A stretch of DNA of 27,568 nucleotides from Actinomycetes bacterium (GCA_031393535.1 JANMVY010000115.1:1-27568), one strand, 5' to 3'. Positions 8,355 through 17,102 are shown, numbered from the stretch's first letter. The notes: generated by a model not told the origin, from the sequence alone. Numbers and translations are program-made.

Positions 8355-9824
8355 TCAGCCGGCGCGGCGACGAGCCGCCGTCTGTGCGGCGGCGAGCAAC
8401 ACGAGAGACAGCACGAGCATGGGCCAGGCGCCGACGCGGGTCGCGATGGTTTGACCGTCGCGCAGTTCGACGGTGTCGTAGAGGACGGCTTGCTCACCGA
8501 TTCGGGTTCGTTGGCGTACGGCCCCGCCGGGTTCGATCACCGCGGAAAATCCGGTGGGTGCGGCCTGGAGCACGAAGCGCCCGGTCTCGAGTGCCCGTAG
8601 CCGCGACGACGCGATCTGCTGGGCCTGGACGACCGTGAGCCAATACGATGCGCCGTTCGTCGGATTGAGCAGTATCTGCCCACCATTGCCGATCGCGTCG
8701 CGGCTGCGGTGGTCGAAGAAGATCTCCCAGGAGATCGACACGCCCACACGACCGAACGGTGTGTCGAGCACTGCGGGTTCGGTGCCCGGGCGAGCGTCGT
8801 GGGGAGGTAGGCCCGACACACCCAGCCCTTCCAGCAGACCGCGTAGTGGTACGAACTCGCCGAAGGGAACCGTGCGCACCTTGTCGTAGCGATCGATCGT
8901 CACACCGTCGGGTGTGATGACCTCGGCGTAGTTGACCGTTGCCGTGTCGTCGACCGCGTAGAACCAACCGGGGATGATCGTGGCGTGCAACGTGCGCGCC
9001 AGGTCGGCCAGCGTCGCCGCGGCGTCGTCGGCGTAGAGGTACCGGCGCGAGCGCACCTCGTCGAGGTACGGCGGCCTGGGGTTCACGACGTTCTCGGGCC
9101 ACAACACGAGGTCGACGGGGCGGTCGATCGTGCGCGTCGCGGCCACGTGACGTTCGAACACGAGCGGGTTGTCCTCGGGGTTGGCGCGTGTGCGTTGCTT
9201 GCCCCCCCCCTGCACGATGGCCACATCGATCGTGCGCACGACGTGGCCACGCGGCGCCAGGTCCGCCCATCCGACGCACAGCACGACGATCGTGGCGCCC
9301 ACACCGACCACACGCCAGTTCCGCTCGCGGGCCGCCGCGAGTGCGAGCCCGACAACGACGACCAACGCGACGAGCAGCAGGGAGCCGAGCGTCCGGACCA
9401 CCGGAGCGAGTGGCGAAGCGGCCTGGCTCATCGCGAGCGTTGCGAGTGGCACGCCGCCGAATGGCCAACTCCAGCGAACCAACTCGGCCAACGTGATAGC
9501 GCCCACGAGGCCCACTCGTCGTGGGTTGCCATATGCGGGCACGACCATGACCGCGAGCCCGAACGCCATCGCGGCTGCGACCTGTGCGATCACCCAACCC
9601 GGCGGCGTGAGGTCGAGCATCCAGATCGTCGCCGGAAACAGCCAGCAGGCCGCCACGAGCCACATGCGACGAGCCCGCACGAGCGGTGGTTGCTCGGCCA
9701 GCAGGCGGTCGACGAGCGCGATGCCGACGAACGCGAGCGGCCACCAGCCCCATGGCGGCAGCGACGCGGCGATGCAACCACCGGCGAGCGCGCAGCGTGC
9801 AGCGATACGGGCTCGGGTCGACAT
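8355..9824 (-). CDS. lnt: Apolipoprotein N-acyltransferase (Lnt fold) with an E-K-S triad
   Basis: Multi-TM N-terminus (SLPPWGWWPLA, WPFGGVPL) and nitrilase domain: VQG, LWPEN (Glu), YDKxxxVPFGEFVP (Lys), ISWE where Lnt normally has ICxE, QQIASSRLRALETGR, APTGFSAVI. The start is uncertain (ATG 9824, 9857 or GTG 9878). Confidence 0.9.
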   Translation of the reverse strand: MSTRARIAARCALAGGCIAASLPPWGWWPLAFVGIALVDRLLAEQPPLVRARRMWLVAACWLFPATIWMLDLTPPGWVIAQVAAAMAFGLAVMVVPAYGNPRRVGLVGAITLAELVRWSWPFGGVPLATLAMSQAASPLAPVVRTLGSLLLVALVVVVGLALAAARERNWRVVGVGATIVVLCVGWADLAPRGHVVRTIDVAIVQGGGKQRTRANPEDNPLVFERHVAATRTIDRPVDLVLWPENVVNPRPPYLDEVRSRRYLYADDAAATLADLARTLHATIIPGWFYAVDDTATVNYAEVITPDGVTIDRYDKVRTVPFGEFVPLRGLLEGLGVSGLPPHDARPGTEPAVLDTPFGRVGVSISWEIFFDHRSRDAIGNGGQILLNPTNGASYWLTVVQAQQIASSRLRALETGRFVLQAAPTGFSAVIEPGGAVRQRTRIGEQAVLYDTVELRDGQTIATRVGAWPMLVLSLVLLAAAQTAARRRAG

Positions 9825-9932
9825 GCGACGCGCCAGGCTAAACCGCGCCGCGAGCATGTGCTTCACAAACGACCACACGCGTGGTTCACCACTGCGACAC
9901 CTGGCGATGACGCAAGAGTCACCCGTGTGAGC

Positions 9933-10382
9933 TCAGAGCCGCCGACCGCAGACGGGCCACGGTGCCCGGCCGCGTTCGCTGTAGAGGGCGCGCGCCATGA
10001 CGTCCTGCCACCAGGGGTCGGCCTCGGCCGGGTCGACACCGACCAGCCATTCGAAGTGGCGTGCCGCGACCCCGTCCCATGTGCTGCGGTTGAACTGGTA
10101 TGCCCCGCGGAAGGTGCCGGTGTGGTCGACGATCGTGTAGTCGCCACCCGACTCGCAACGCCGTAGTGCGGCCAGTTGCGCGCCCGTGAGCACGTGCTCG
10201 TACGGCTCGGATACTGCGGCCACGAACGCGAACTGCTCGGGGGTGCAGGCGGTCGCCGCGAGGATGATGCCGAGGCCGAACAGGAAACCGAAGCATCGCC
10301 CGAAGCGTCGAATGCGCACCTCTGCGGAAGCAGGCCGATCGTGCTCGTTCGTGGCGCCAGTGGCTGTGACGTGGTGCTGCAT
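9933..10382 (-). CDS. Rpf-like transglycosylase-domain protein, probable lipoprotein
   Basis: 149 aa; CESGGDY...GAYQF...TW...WPVC keeps the catalytic Glu and both Rpf cysteines. Hydrophobic segment ends in LAATAC. SD GAGGAGG (10394-10400) lies 11 nt before ATG 10382; GTG 10319 is an alternative start. Confidence 0.85.
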   Translation of the reverse strand: MQHHVTATGATNEHDRPASAEVRIRRFGRCFGFLFGLGIILAATACTPEQFAFVAAVSEPYEHVLTGAQLAALRRCESGGDYTIVDHTGTFRGAYQFNRSTWDGVAARHFEWLVGVDPAEADPWWQDVMARALYSERGRAPWPVCGRRL

Positions 10383-10573
10383 ACGTGGTGTGGCCTCCTC
10401 GGACAGCGATGTCCGACAGTGGTCAGGGGCGTGGTGGCAGGGGTTGGTGACGCGCGCGAGTTCCAGGCCGAGGGAGATTGGCCAGGCGTCGACTCGAGGG
10501 CGACTACGGAGGACAAGCGCGAGCAAGGCTCAAGCGCCACCAATCCCGTGGACCTATGGTGTCAGTGGCGGTG

Positions 10574-10604
10574 ACTCTAGCTTTTTTTCGTCACCGATTC
10601 GCAA
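10574..10604 (-). promoter_or_regulatory. Putative housekeeping-sigma promoter of the rpf-like gene: TTGCGA-19 nt-TAGAGT
   Basis: Minus strand reads TTGCGA atcggtgacgaaaaaaagc TAGAGT within a noticeably AT-richer intergenic stretch. Confidence 0.5.
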
Positions 10605-10692
10605 TACGGGCAGTATTCCTCTATGCCGTCAGTCACTTTCATCACAAGTCGTTGCGTGATCGCCGTGTCACATCGGGTCGAACGGCCGACCT

Positions 10693-12054
10693 TCAGCGTG
10701 TGCCGCGTGCCCGTGTCGCGGTTTCACGGGCTGCCCGCACGAGCGCGGGAATACCGATGCCGCGATATGCCGCGCCGGTGACCATGATGCCCGGCGCTTC
10801 ATCGCGAAGAGCAGCGGTGAGTTCGTCGATGCGCTCGATGTGGCCGGGCGTGTACTGAGGGAACGAGGCCGGCCACCGGCTCACGCGCACCTCGACCGGC
10901 TCGCCGCGCAGATGCATGATCGCGCGCAGCTCGTCGAGCATTGCGCGGACGAGCGCATGGTCATCGAGCGCGAGCGCCGATTCGTTTCCGTAGTGCCCGG
11001 CGGACGCGCGCACGATCGCATGCTCGCCCTTGTCGAGATGGGGCCACTTCGTCGATGACCACGAGCACGCGGTGAGAGTCAGATGCTCGGGTTTGGGCAC
11101 GAGGAAGCCGCTCGCGTCGAGTGGCACGCCGATTGCGTCGCGTGCGAACGCCATGGTGACGAGCGCAACCCCGGCGTAATCGATGTTCGACAGTTGTCGC
11201 GCGGTGAGTGGCGCGACATCGCGCAGCACGCGTGCGGTGACGTACGCGGGTGTGGCGAACACCACCGCATCGGCGCGTGTTCCGTCGACCACCCAGCCTG
11301 CGTTGTCGCGTTCGATGTGGGTGACCTCGCGATCGCGGAAAACTTTGCGTTCCAGGGCTTTCTCGAGCTCACGGACGAGTCGACTCATGCCATCGGGGGG
11401 CGCCAAGAACACTGGTGCGCCAGGGTTCGCCTGCAGTGTGGCGCGTCGTTGCGTGTCGAGCGCGCGGATGAGGCTTGCGTCGGTTCGCGCCGCGGCCGCG
11501 ATCTGCGGCGCACCAGCCGCGAGGCTCAGCCGGTCGGCGTCGCCCGCATAGATTCCGCCGAGCAACGGGTCGACGAGTCGCTCGAGAACTTCGTCGCCGA
11601 GGCGCCGGCGTACGAGTGAACCGAGCGACTCGTCACCGTCGGGCATTGCGTGGTCGACGATGCGGTCGAGGTCGCGCGCCGCGATCGTGACCGCATCGGG
11701 CGACACGATGCCCGACGCGCGCAAGGCGTCGAGATCGAGCGGTACGCCGAGCAGGTTGGGTGTCGGAATGCCGCGCAACTCACCGCGTGTGTAGATGTAC
11801 GCGGTACCCGACGCGGGCGAGATGAGCTCGTCGCCGAAGCCGAGCTCGCGGCTCAGCTCGACGGCCCACGGCACGCGTGCAAGGAAAGCGTCGGCGCCGC
11901 AATCGACCGCGGGGAGCCCCGCGAACGGTGTGGTGCGAATCTTGCCTCCGAGCCGGTCATCGGCTTCGTAGAGCGCGACGTCGACTCCGGCGCGGGCGAG
12001 GTCGTACGCGGTTGTGAGCCCGGCGATCCCGCCACCGACGACGATCACGCGCAT
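10693..12054 (-). CDS. hemG: HemY/HemG FAD-dependent protoporphyrinogen/coproporphyrinogen III oxidase
   Basis: VIVVGGGIAGLTTAY (FAD binding), GGKIRT, DCGADAFL, PLLGGIYAGD, GFLVP and PQYTPGH. GGAGG SD (12063-12067) upstream of ATG 12054. Lies downstream of hemE. Confidence 0.93.
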   Translation of the reverse strand: MRVIVVGGGIAGLTTAYDLARAGVDVALYEADDRLGGKIRTTPFAGLPAVDCGADAFLARVPWAVELSRELGFGDELISPASGTAYIYTRGELRGIPTPNLLGVPLDLDALRASGIVSPDAVTIAARDLDRIVDHAMPDGDESLGSLVRRRLGDEVLERLVDPLLGGIYAGDADRLSLAAGAPQIAAAARTDASLIRALDTQRRATLQANPGAPVFLAPPDGMSRLVRELEKALERKVFRDREVTHIERDNAGWVVDGTRADAVVFATPAYVTARVLRDVAPLTARQLSNIDYAGVALVTMAFARDAIGVPLDASGFLVPKPEHLTLTACSWSSTKWPHLDKGEHAIVRASAGHYGNESALALDDHALVRAMLDELRAIMHLRGEPVEVRVSRWPASFPQYTPGHIERIDELTAALRDEAPGIMVTGAAYRGIGIPALVRAARETATRARGTR

Positions 12055-12076
12055 GGAAAACACCTCCGGATGTTGC

Positions 12077-13111
12077 TCAACGGTCGAGCGGTGAAATGCG
12101 TCCTTCGCGATGGACCAGTTCGACGACGCGTTCGAGGATCGACGGGTCGGTCTCGGGTTGCACACCGTGGCCGAGGTTGAACACGTGGCCGGGGTGACCG
12201 TCGTTGCGGGCGAGCACGTCGCGTACCTCGGCTTCGACCACGGGCCACGGTGCGAGCACCGCTGCGGGGTCGAGGTTGCCCTGCAATGCGACTCCGGCGG
12301 GAACGCGGACGCGGGCGTCGTCGAGATGCACGCGCCAGTCGACGCCGACGACATCGGCGCCCGCCTCGGCCATGGAGCCGAGCAGTTCGCCCGTATCGAC
12401 ACCGAAATGGATTCGTGGCACGCCGAGATCGGCCATCGCGGCGAGCACTTTCGCGCTCGCAGGCATCACATAGGTGCGGTAGTCCTGGCGGTGCAAGGCG
12501 CCCGCCCACGAGTCGAACAACTGGATCGCGCGCGCACCTGCCGTGACCTGTGAACGCAGCGATGCGATGGCGATGTCGGCGAGCCGATCGAGCAGCGCGA
12601 ACCACAGCGTGGGCTCGCCGCGCATCATGGCCTTGGTCCGGCCGTACGTGCGCGACGGGCCACCTTCGATGAGGTAGCTCGCGACGGTGAAGGGTGCGCC
12701 TGCGAAACCGATGAGCGGGACCGTGAGCTCACGGACGAGGTTGCGCACCGTCTCGATGACATAGGGGGTGTCGATGTCGGGTTCGAGCGGACGGAGACGA
12801 TCGAGATCGGCTGCGCGCGTGAACGGCACCGCGATGACGGGGCCGGTGCCAGGGGCGACGTCGACGCCGAAGCCGATGGCATGCACCGGTACGACGATGT
12901 CGGAGTAGAGGATTGCTGCATCGACTCCATAGCGGCGAACTGGTTGCAGCGTGATCTCGGTCGCCAGATCGGGGGTCTTGATGGCGTCGAGGATGCTGCC
13001 CGGCCCGCGAATGGCGCGGTACTCCGGCAACGACCGGCCGGCCTGGCGCATGAACCAGACGGGTACGTGGTCGTGGGGCTCGCTGCGGCAGGCCGAAAGG
13101 AACGCGCTCAC
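12077..13111 (-). CDS. hemE: Uroporphyrinogen decarboxylase
   Basis: [53 protein letters not shown] and FNLGHG. TAGGGT -10 (13118-13123) lies 6 nt before the GTG. Confidence 0.97.
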   Translation of the reverse strand: MSAFLSACRSEPHDHVPVWFMRQAGRSLPEYRAIRGPGSILDAIKTPDLATEITLQPVRRYGVDAAILYSDIVVPVHAIGFGVDVAPGTGPVIAVPFTRAADLDRLRPLEPDIDTPYVIETVRNLVRELTVPLIGFAGAPFTVASYLIEGGPSRTYGRTKAMMRGEPTLWFALLDRLADIAIASLRSQVTAGARAIQLFDSWAGALHRQDYRTYVMPASAKVLAAMADLGVPRIHFGVDTGELLGSMAEAGADVVGVDWRVHLDDARVRVPAGVALQGNLDPAAVLAPWPVVEAEVRDVLARNDGHPGHVFNLGHGVQPETDPSILERVVELVHREGRISPLDR

Positions 13112-13120
13112 GCGGCGACC

Positions 13121-14089
13121 CTAGCGAGCAGCGGACACAGCGGACGATGCGGCCGTGAGGATGTCATGGGCGCGGCCGGCCCCGCGGCGCGCCAAGTTGG
13201 CGCGAGCGCTCTGTGCGGCCTGCGCCGCGATCGCGGCCGTCGGGTCTTTGCCGCGGCGAACTTCGAGATCGGGTCGCGTGGGTTGCACCACGAGCACCTC
13301 GGTGCCCGTGCGCCGAATGGCCGCGACCTCGCGAGCGAGGAGCCGGGAATACCACATGATCATCGGCGCGCGTGGCGTGAAGTCGGCGATCGATGGCACC
13401 GCGGTCATGGACGACACGATGACGACGAGATCGAAGGCCAGCGGTGCGACGAGATCGGCGCTCGTCGACGAATGCGTGGCACCGTCGATGTATTCGTCGG
13501 CACCTATGCGCACCGGTTGCACCACGCGGGGTATGGCACACGAGGCCTGGGAGGCCGTGCCGATGTCCGGAGTGGCCGTGTCGTCACGACCGAACACCAC
13601 GCGCTTGCCGTCGCGGACCCGCACGGCGCAGATCCATGTGGGCAGCTCGGGCCATGCGTTGCCCCACAGGTCGCGCACTCGCTGACCCATGGGTGCGCCG
13701 TCCCACCGACCCCGGGGCGACAGACCGCTGAACGCGGTGACCGGCGTGACGCGACCGAGCACGCCCCGTGCGGCGAGCGACGGCCGGAGGAGCCGGCCGG
13801 TGTTCGGCGCGGGCAATGGGTCCATGGGCGGGCCCGGGGCGTGGACCCGGGCCAACAGTTCGGCACCTTCGGCCGAAACGTCGCCACCGGTGTAGCGGGC
13901 GAGGTCATCGGCCGGCGCGAGGCCGGCGCGTAGGAAGGCCGCGGCCGCGGACCCCGCAGAGGTGCCGACGATCAGCTCGGCGGTGCGGGGGTCCCAGCCG
14001 GTCTCGGTCTGAAGGCCGGCGAGCGTGCCTGCGTGGTACGCCCGCCCGGGCGCACCACCGGCGGAGAGGACGAGTCCGATGGAGGCCAC
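13121..14089 (-). CDS. Patatin-like phospholipase
   Basis: Gly-rich LSAGGAPG loop, GTSAG nucleophile elbow and DGA acid motif (YIDGATHS). Start refined to GTG 14089, with TACGAT (14097-14102) 7 nt upstream. Confidence 0.88.
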   Translation of the reverse strand: MASIGLVLSAGGAPGRAYHAGTLAGLQTETGWDPRTAELIVGTSAGSAAAAFLRAGLAPADDLARYTGGDVSAEGAELLARVHAPGPPMDPLPAPNTGRLLRPSLAARGVLGRVTPVTAFSGLSPRGRWDGAPMGQRVRDLWGNAWPELPTWICAVRVRDGKRVVFGRDDTATPDIGTASQASCAIPRVVQPVRIGADEYIDGATHSSTSADLVAPLAFDLVVIVSSMTAVPSIADFTPRAPMIMWYSRLLAREVAAIRRTGTEVLVVQPTRPDLEVRRGKDPTAAIAAQAAQSARANLARRGAGRAHDILTAASSAVSAAR

Positions 14090-14197
14090 AGCGAGCATCG
14101 TAGAGGCTGCACCGGCCGGCACCGGCGGCCGTCACCCCTATTGCGGGTTGATCCCGGCGACCGGTCCCGGGTGGGGCAGGTGGTGAGCACCTGTAAC

Positions 14198-16315
14198 ATG
14201 GTCAGTCCCCGAAAGGGGACATCCCCGGAGCAGGAGGTCGCGGCCATCCACCCCGAGCTCGAAGCCGAGCAGGCCGTCGTCGACCATGCCTACGCATGTC
14301 TCGACGACTCGCGCCGGGCCGCCACGCGTCTCACGTCCATGGTCGAGGTCGGCCAGGGAGGTACAGAACAGGCGCGCTACGAGCGCGAGGTCATCTACGA
14401 GCAGGTGCTGAACCGTCTGGCACAGCTCAACGTGGGCGACGCCTCGTTGGTATTCGGCCGCATCGATCAGGCCCCCGACGCCGGCGACGCCGCGTACTAC
14501 ATCGGACGGCTCGGTGTGTGGGACCGCCGTCAGGATCCGGTGGTGGTGGACTGGCGCGCCCCGGTTGCCGAAGCGTTCTACCGGGCCACGGGGCGCGAAC
14601 CCCTCGGCCTCGTGCGTCGTCGGCATTTCGCCACCCGTGGCCGAACCCTCCTCGCGATCGACGACGAATTCTTCGGTGATCTCACCCGACTTGATGTCGA
14701 GGAAGGCGAGACGCCGCGTCTGTCGGGTCAGGGTGCGTTGTTCAGCGCGCTCGAAGCGGCACGTACGGGACGCCTCAGTGACATCGTCGCTACCATCCAG
14801 GGCGAACAGGACCAGATAATCCGCGCCCCACTGCCCGGCGTGCTCGTCTGCCAAGGTGGCCCGGGTACCGGCAAGACCGTGGTCGCGCTGCACCGTGCGG
14901 CCTACTTGTTGTACACCCACCGCTTCCCGCTCGACGGCCAAGGCGTGCTGGTCGTCGGCCCGAACCGGTTGTTCCTCGCCTACATCGAACAGGTACTGCC
15001 ATCGCTCGGCGAGGCAGGAGTCGAGATGGCGGTGCTCGCCGACCTGGTTGATCACGTGCGGGTCGAAGGTCGCGACACCGAGCCGGTCGCCCGCATCAAG
15101 GGCGACCTCCGCATGGTATCGATCCTCGCCAAGGCCGTCCGAGACCGCCAGCGGGTGCTGCGCAACGATGTGCGCATCGGCTATGGCCTGCGTTCGCTGT
15201 GGCTCACGGTCGAACAGAGCGAGCACATCGTGCGCGAAGCGCGTCGCCGTTTCCGCACCCACAACGGCGCCCGGCGGTTCGTCGAGACCGAGGTTTTCGC
15301 GGCGCTCGCCGCGGGTCATCCCGACGATCCGGATCCGAAGATCGTGCGGGCCCGTCTGCGCGAGACCGTCGAGATCCGCGAAGCGCTCGCGTGGATGTGG
15401 CCGGTGCTCACGCCCGCGCAACTGCTCAACGACCTTTACGGCTCGCGGGCCTTGCTGCGAAGTGCGGCCAGGGGCCGGTTCACGAACGACGAGATCGAGC
15501 GGCTCCGGCGACCCCGCGCGGTGAAGGCAGACGAGATCGTCTGGCGCGATGGCGACGTGGCGCTCCTGGACGAAGCGCGCGAGCTGCTCGGCTCACGTCC
15601 GGGCAGGAAGCACGAGGACGGCTGGCGTACCTACGGCCATATCGTGGTCGACGAGGCCCAGGATCTCTCACCGATGGACCTTCGGGTCCTCACGCGGCGT
15701 TCGTTGAACGGGTCGATGACGGTGGTGGGCGACATAGCGCAGTCCACCGGCGCTTGGGCGCACCACAGTTGGGACGAAGTGCTCGCGCACCTCCCCGACC
15801 GCCGCGAGCCGCGTCTTGTCGAGCTGACCGTCGGGTACCGCATCCCCGCACCCATGATGTCGCTCGCGGCGCGCGTGCTCGCACAGGCCGCGCCGGGTCT
15901 GAAACCGCCCCGTGCTGTGCGCCAGGATGGCGAACCGCCGAGGGTGATCCGGGCGTTGCACGGGCTCACGCCAGCGCTCGTCGAGATCGTGCGCGCCGAG
16001 CTCGATGCGTCCGACGCGGGCAACATCGCGATCATCCATCCGGCGAGCCTCGGCGACGAGATAGCGGCCGCGCTCGAAGAGGCCGGCCTCCCCCATGGTC
16101 GCGCGAACCGTCGTGGGCTCGATCAGCAGCTCACCGTCGTGCCTGTAGGGCTCGTGAAGGGCCTCGAGGTCGACGCGGCCATAGTCGTGGAACCGGCGCG
16201 CATCGTGGCCGAGGAAGCGCAAGGCATGCGTGCGCTGTACGTGGCGCTCACCCGAGCCACGAAGCGCTTGCGCGTGGTGCACGCCGAGCCCCTGCCCGAC
16301 GTGATGCAGGAGTAG
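14198..16315 (+). CDS. helD: HelD-family RNA polymerase-recycling SF1 helicase-like ATPase
   Basis: FGRID, YIGRLG, VVDWRAPVAEAFY, LVRRRHF, DIVATIQGEQDQIIRA, QGGPGTGKTVVALHRAAYLLY, VDEAQD, GDIAQ, KGLEVD and YVALTRAT. The true start is uncertain: ATG 14198 overlaps a -10 box, and ATC 14246 follows a strong SD. Confidence 0.88.
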   Translation: MVSPRKGTSPEQEVAAIHPELEAEQAVVDHAYACLDDSRRAATRLTSMVEVGQGGTEQARYEREVIYEQVLNRLAQLNVGDASLVFGRIDQAPDAGDAAYYIGRLGVWDRRQDPVVVDWRAPVAEAFYRATGREPLGLVRRRHFATRGRTLLAIDDEFFGDLTRLDVEEGETPRLSGQGALFSALEAARTGRLSDIVATIQGEQDQIIRAPLPGVLVCQGGPGTGKTVVALHRAAYLLYTHRFPLDGQGVLVVGPNRLFLAYIEQVLPSLGEAGVEMAVLADLVDHVRVEGRDTEPVARIKGDLRMVSILAKAVRDRQRVLRNDVRIGYGLRSLWLTVEQSEHIVREARRRFRTHNGARRFVETEVFAALAAGHPDDPDPKIVRARLRETVEIREALAWMWPVLTPAQLLNDLYGSRALLRSAARGRFTNDEIERLRRPRAVKADEIVWRDGDVALLDEARELLGSRPGRKHEDGWRTYGHIVVDEAQDLSPMDLRVLTRRSLNGSMTVVGDIAQSTGAWAHHSWDEVLAHLPDRREPRLVELTVGYRIPAPMMSLAARVLAQAAPGLKPPRAVRQDGEPPRVIRALHGLTPALVEIVRAELDASDAGNIAIIHPASLGDEIAAALEEAGLPHGRANRRGLDQQLTVVPVGLVKGLEVDAAIVVEPARIVAEEAQGMRALYVALTRATKRLRVVHAEPLPDVMQE

Positions 16316-16338
16316 CGCGGCAGGGTTCGGTGGGCCGA

Positions 16339-17010
16339 TCAGTCGGCGACGGTGACGAGCAGACGATCGGAGGCGTACGCGTCGAGCTGCACCTCGCGCC
16401 CGTTGATCTGGATGTACATGTCTCCGTGCGGTACCGACGACTGCACCATGCCGGTGCAACCGGGGAGGACCTCGACTCGCTCGAGGTAGTCGAGCATGCC
16501 GGGCGCGAATTCGAGCGCTTCGGGAATACGTGTGACGGTGAACATGCGGCCGACGCTCACGGAGCGGAGCAGTTGCATGGTCTCGGCGTGGTAGTCGCTG
16601 CCGGGAATGGGGTTGCCGTGCGGGCAGGTGGTGGGTTCGCCCAGCATGCGGACCATCGCGGCCTCGACGACGGGGGAGATGACGTGCTCCCACTTACCCG
16701 CCTCGACGTGCGCATCGGACCACGACAGCGAAAGCACATCGGTGAGGAACCGTTCGGCGAGTCGATGACGGCGCACGACGCTCTCGGCGAGCACGCGGCC
16801 CTCGGTCGTGAGCGTGATGTAGGTACCGATCGCGACGAGCCCTTCAGCCTCGAGTCGGTGGATCATCTCGGACACAGAGGGCCGCGAGACGCTCAGCCGC
16901 TCGGCGATGCGCGCCTGGATGACATCGAGCGAGTCCTCGTTGAGCTCGAAAATTGCTTCGCAATACTCCTCGTAGGAACGATGGAACGCGCCAGTTCGAA
17001 CGGAAGCCAT
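16339..17010 (-). CDS. DtxR/IdeR/MntR-family metal-dependent regulator with C-terminal FeoA/SH3-like domain
   Basis: EEYCEAIFEL, HTH (IAERLSVSRPSVSEMIHRL), VRRHRLAERFL, EAGKWEH and PTTCPHGNPIPG. ATG 17010 has TAGACT (17018-17023) 7 nt upstream. Confidence 0.92.
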   Translation of the reverse strand: MASVRTGAFHRSYEEYCEAIFELNEDSLDVIQARIAERLSVSRPSVSEMIHRLEAEGLVAIGTYITLTTEGRVLAESVVRRHRLAERFLTDVLSLSWSDAHVEAGKWEHVISPVVEAAMVRMLGEPTTCPHGNPIPGSDYHAETMQLLRSVSVGRMFTVTRIPEALEFAPGMLDYLERVEVLPGCTGMVQSSVPHGDMYIQINGREVQLDAYASDRLLVTVAD

Positions 17011-17074
17011 GAATGGGAGTCTACGGCCCGCGCCGCCCGTGTCCCAGGGCGGCGGCCTTGATCGCAACGGCGAG

Positions 17075-17096
17075 TGTCAGACCCCCTCGGTAGCGT
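17075..17096 (+). promoter_or_regulatory. PafBC-dependent (RecA-NDp-type) DNA-damage promoter: TGTCAG-N10-TAGCGT
   Basis: Fits TGTCRG-N10-TANNNT exactly and ends 6 nt before the lhr GTG. lhr is a known PafBC target in mycobacteria. Confidence 0.8.
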
Positions 17097-17102
17097 GGCC
17101 CG

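Noticed and set aside
10383-10692. ydaO (c-di-AMP) or c-di-GMP riboswitch, or a canonical CRP site, upstream of the rpf-like gene
   Set aside because: I could not find the consensus elements by eye, and the GTGA/TCAC spacings are 8 and 10 rather than 6.
14100-14200. Rifamycin-associated element (RAE) that would make the gene a HelR resistance determinant
   Set aside because: No RAE-like inverted repeat is present; the palindrome here (CAGGTG-N5-CACCTG) is unrelated, so the gene is called generic HelD.
685-17067. Extended N-termini in the ORF track (2394, 4354, 3032, 3859, 8324, 10526, 12402, 14033, 17067)
   Set aside because: They overlap neighbouring genes or promoter regions and are non-homologous low-complexity sequence; downstream starts have SD, -10 or stop-start overlap support.
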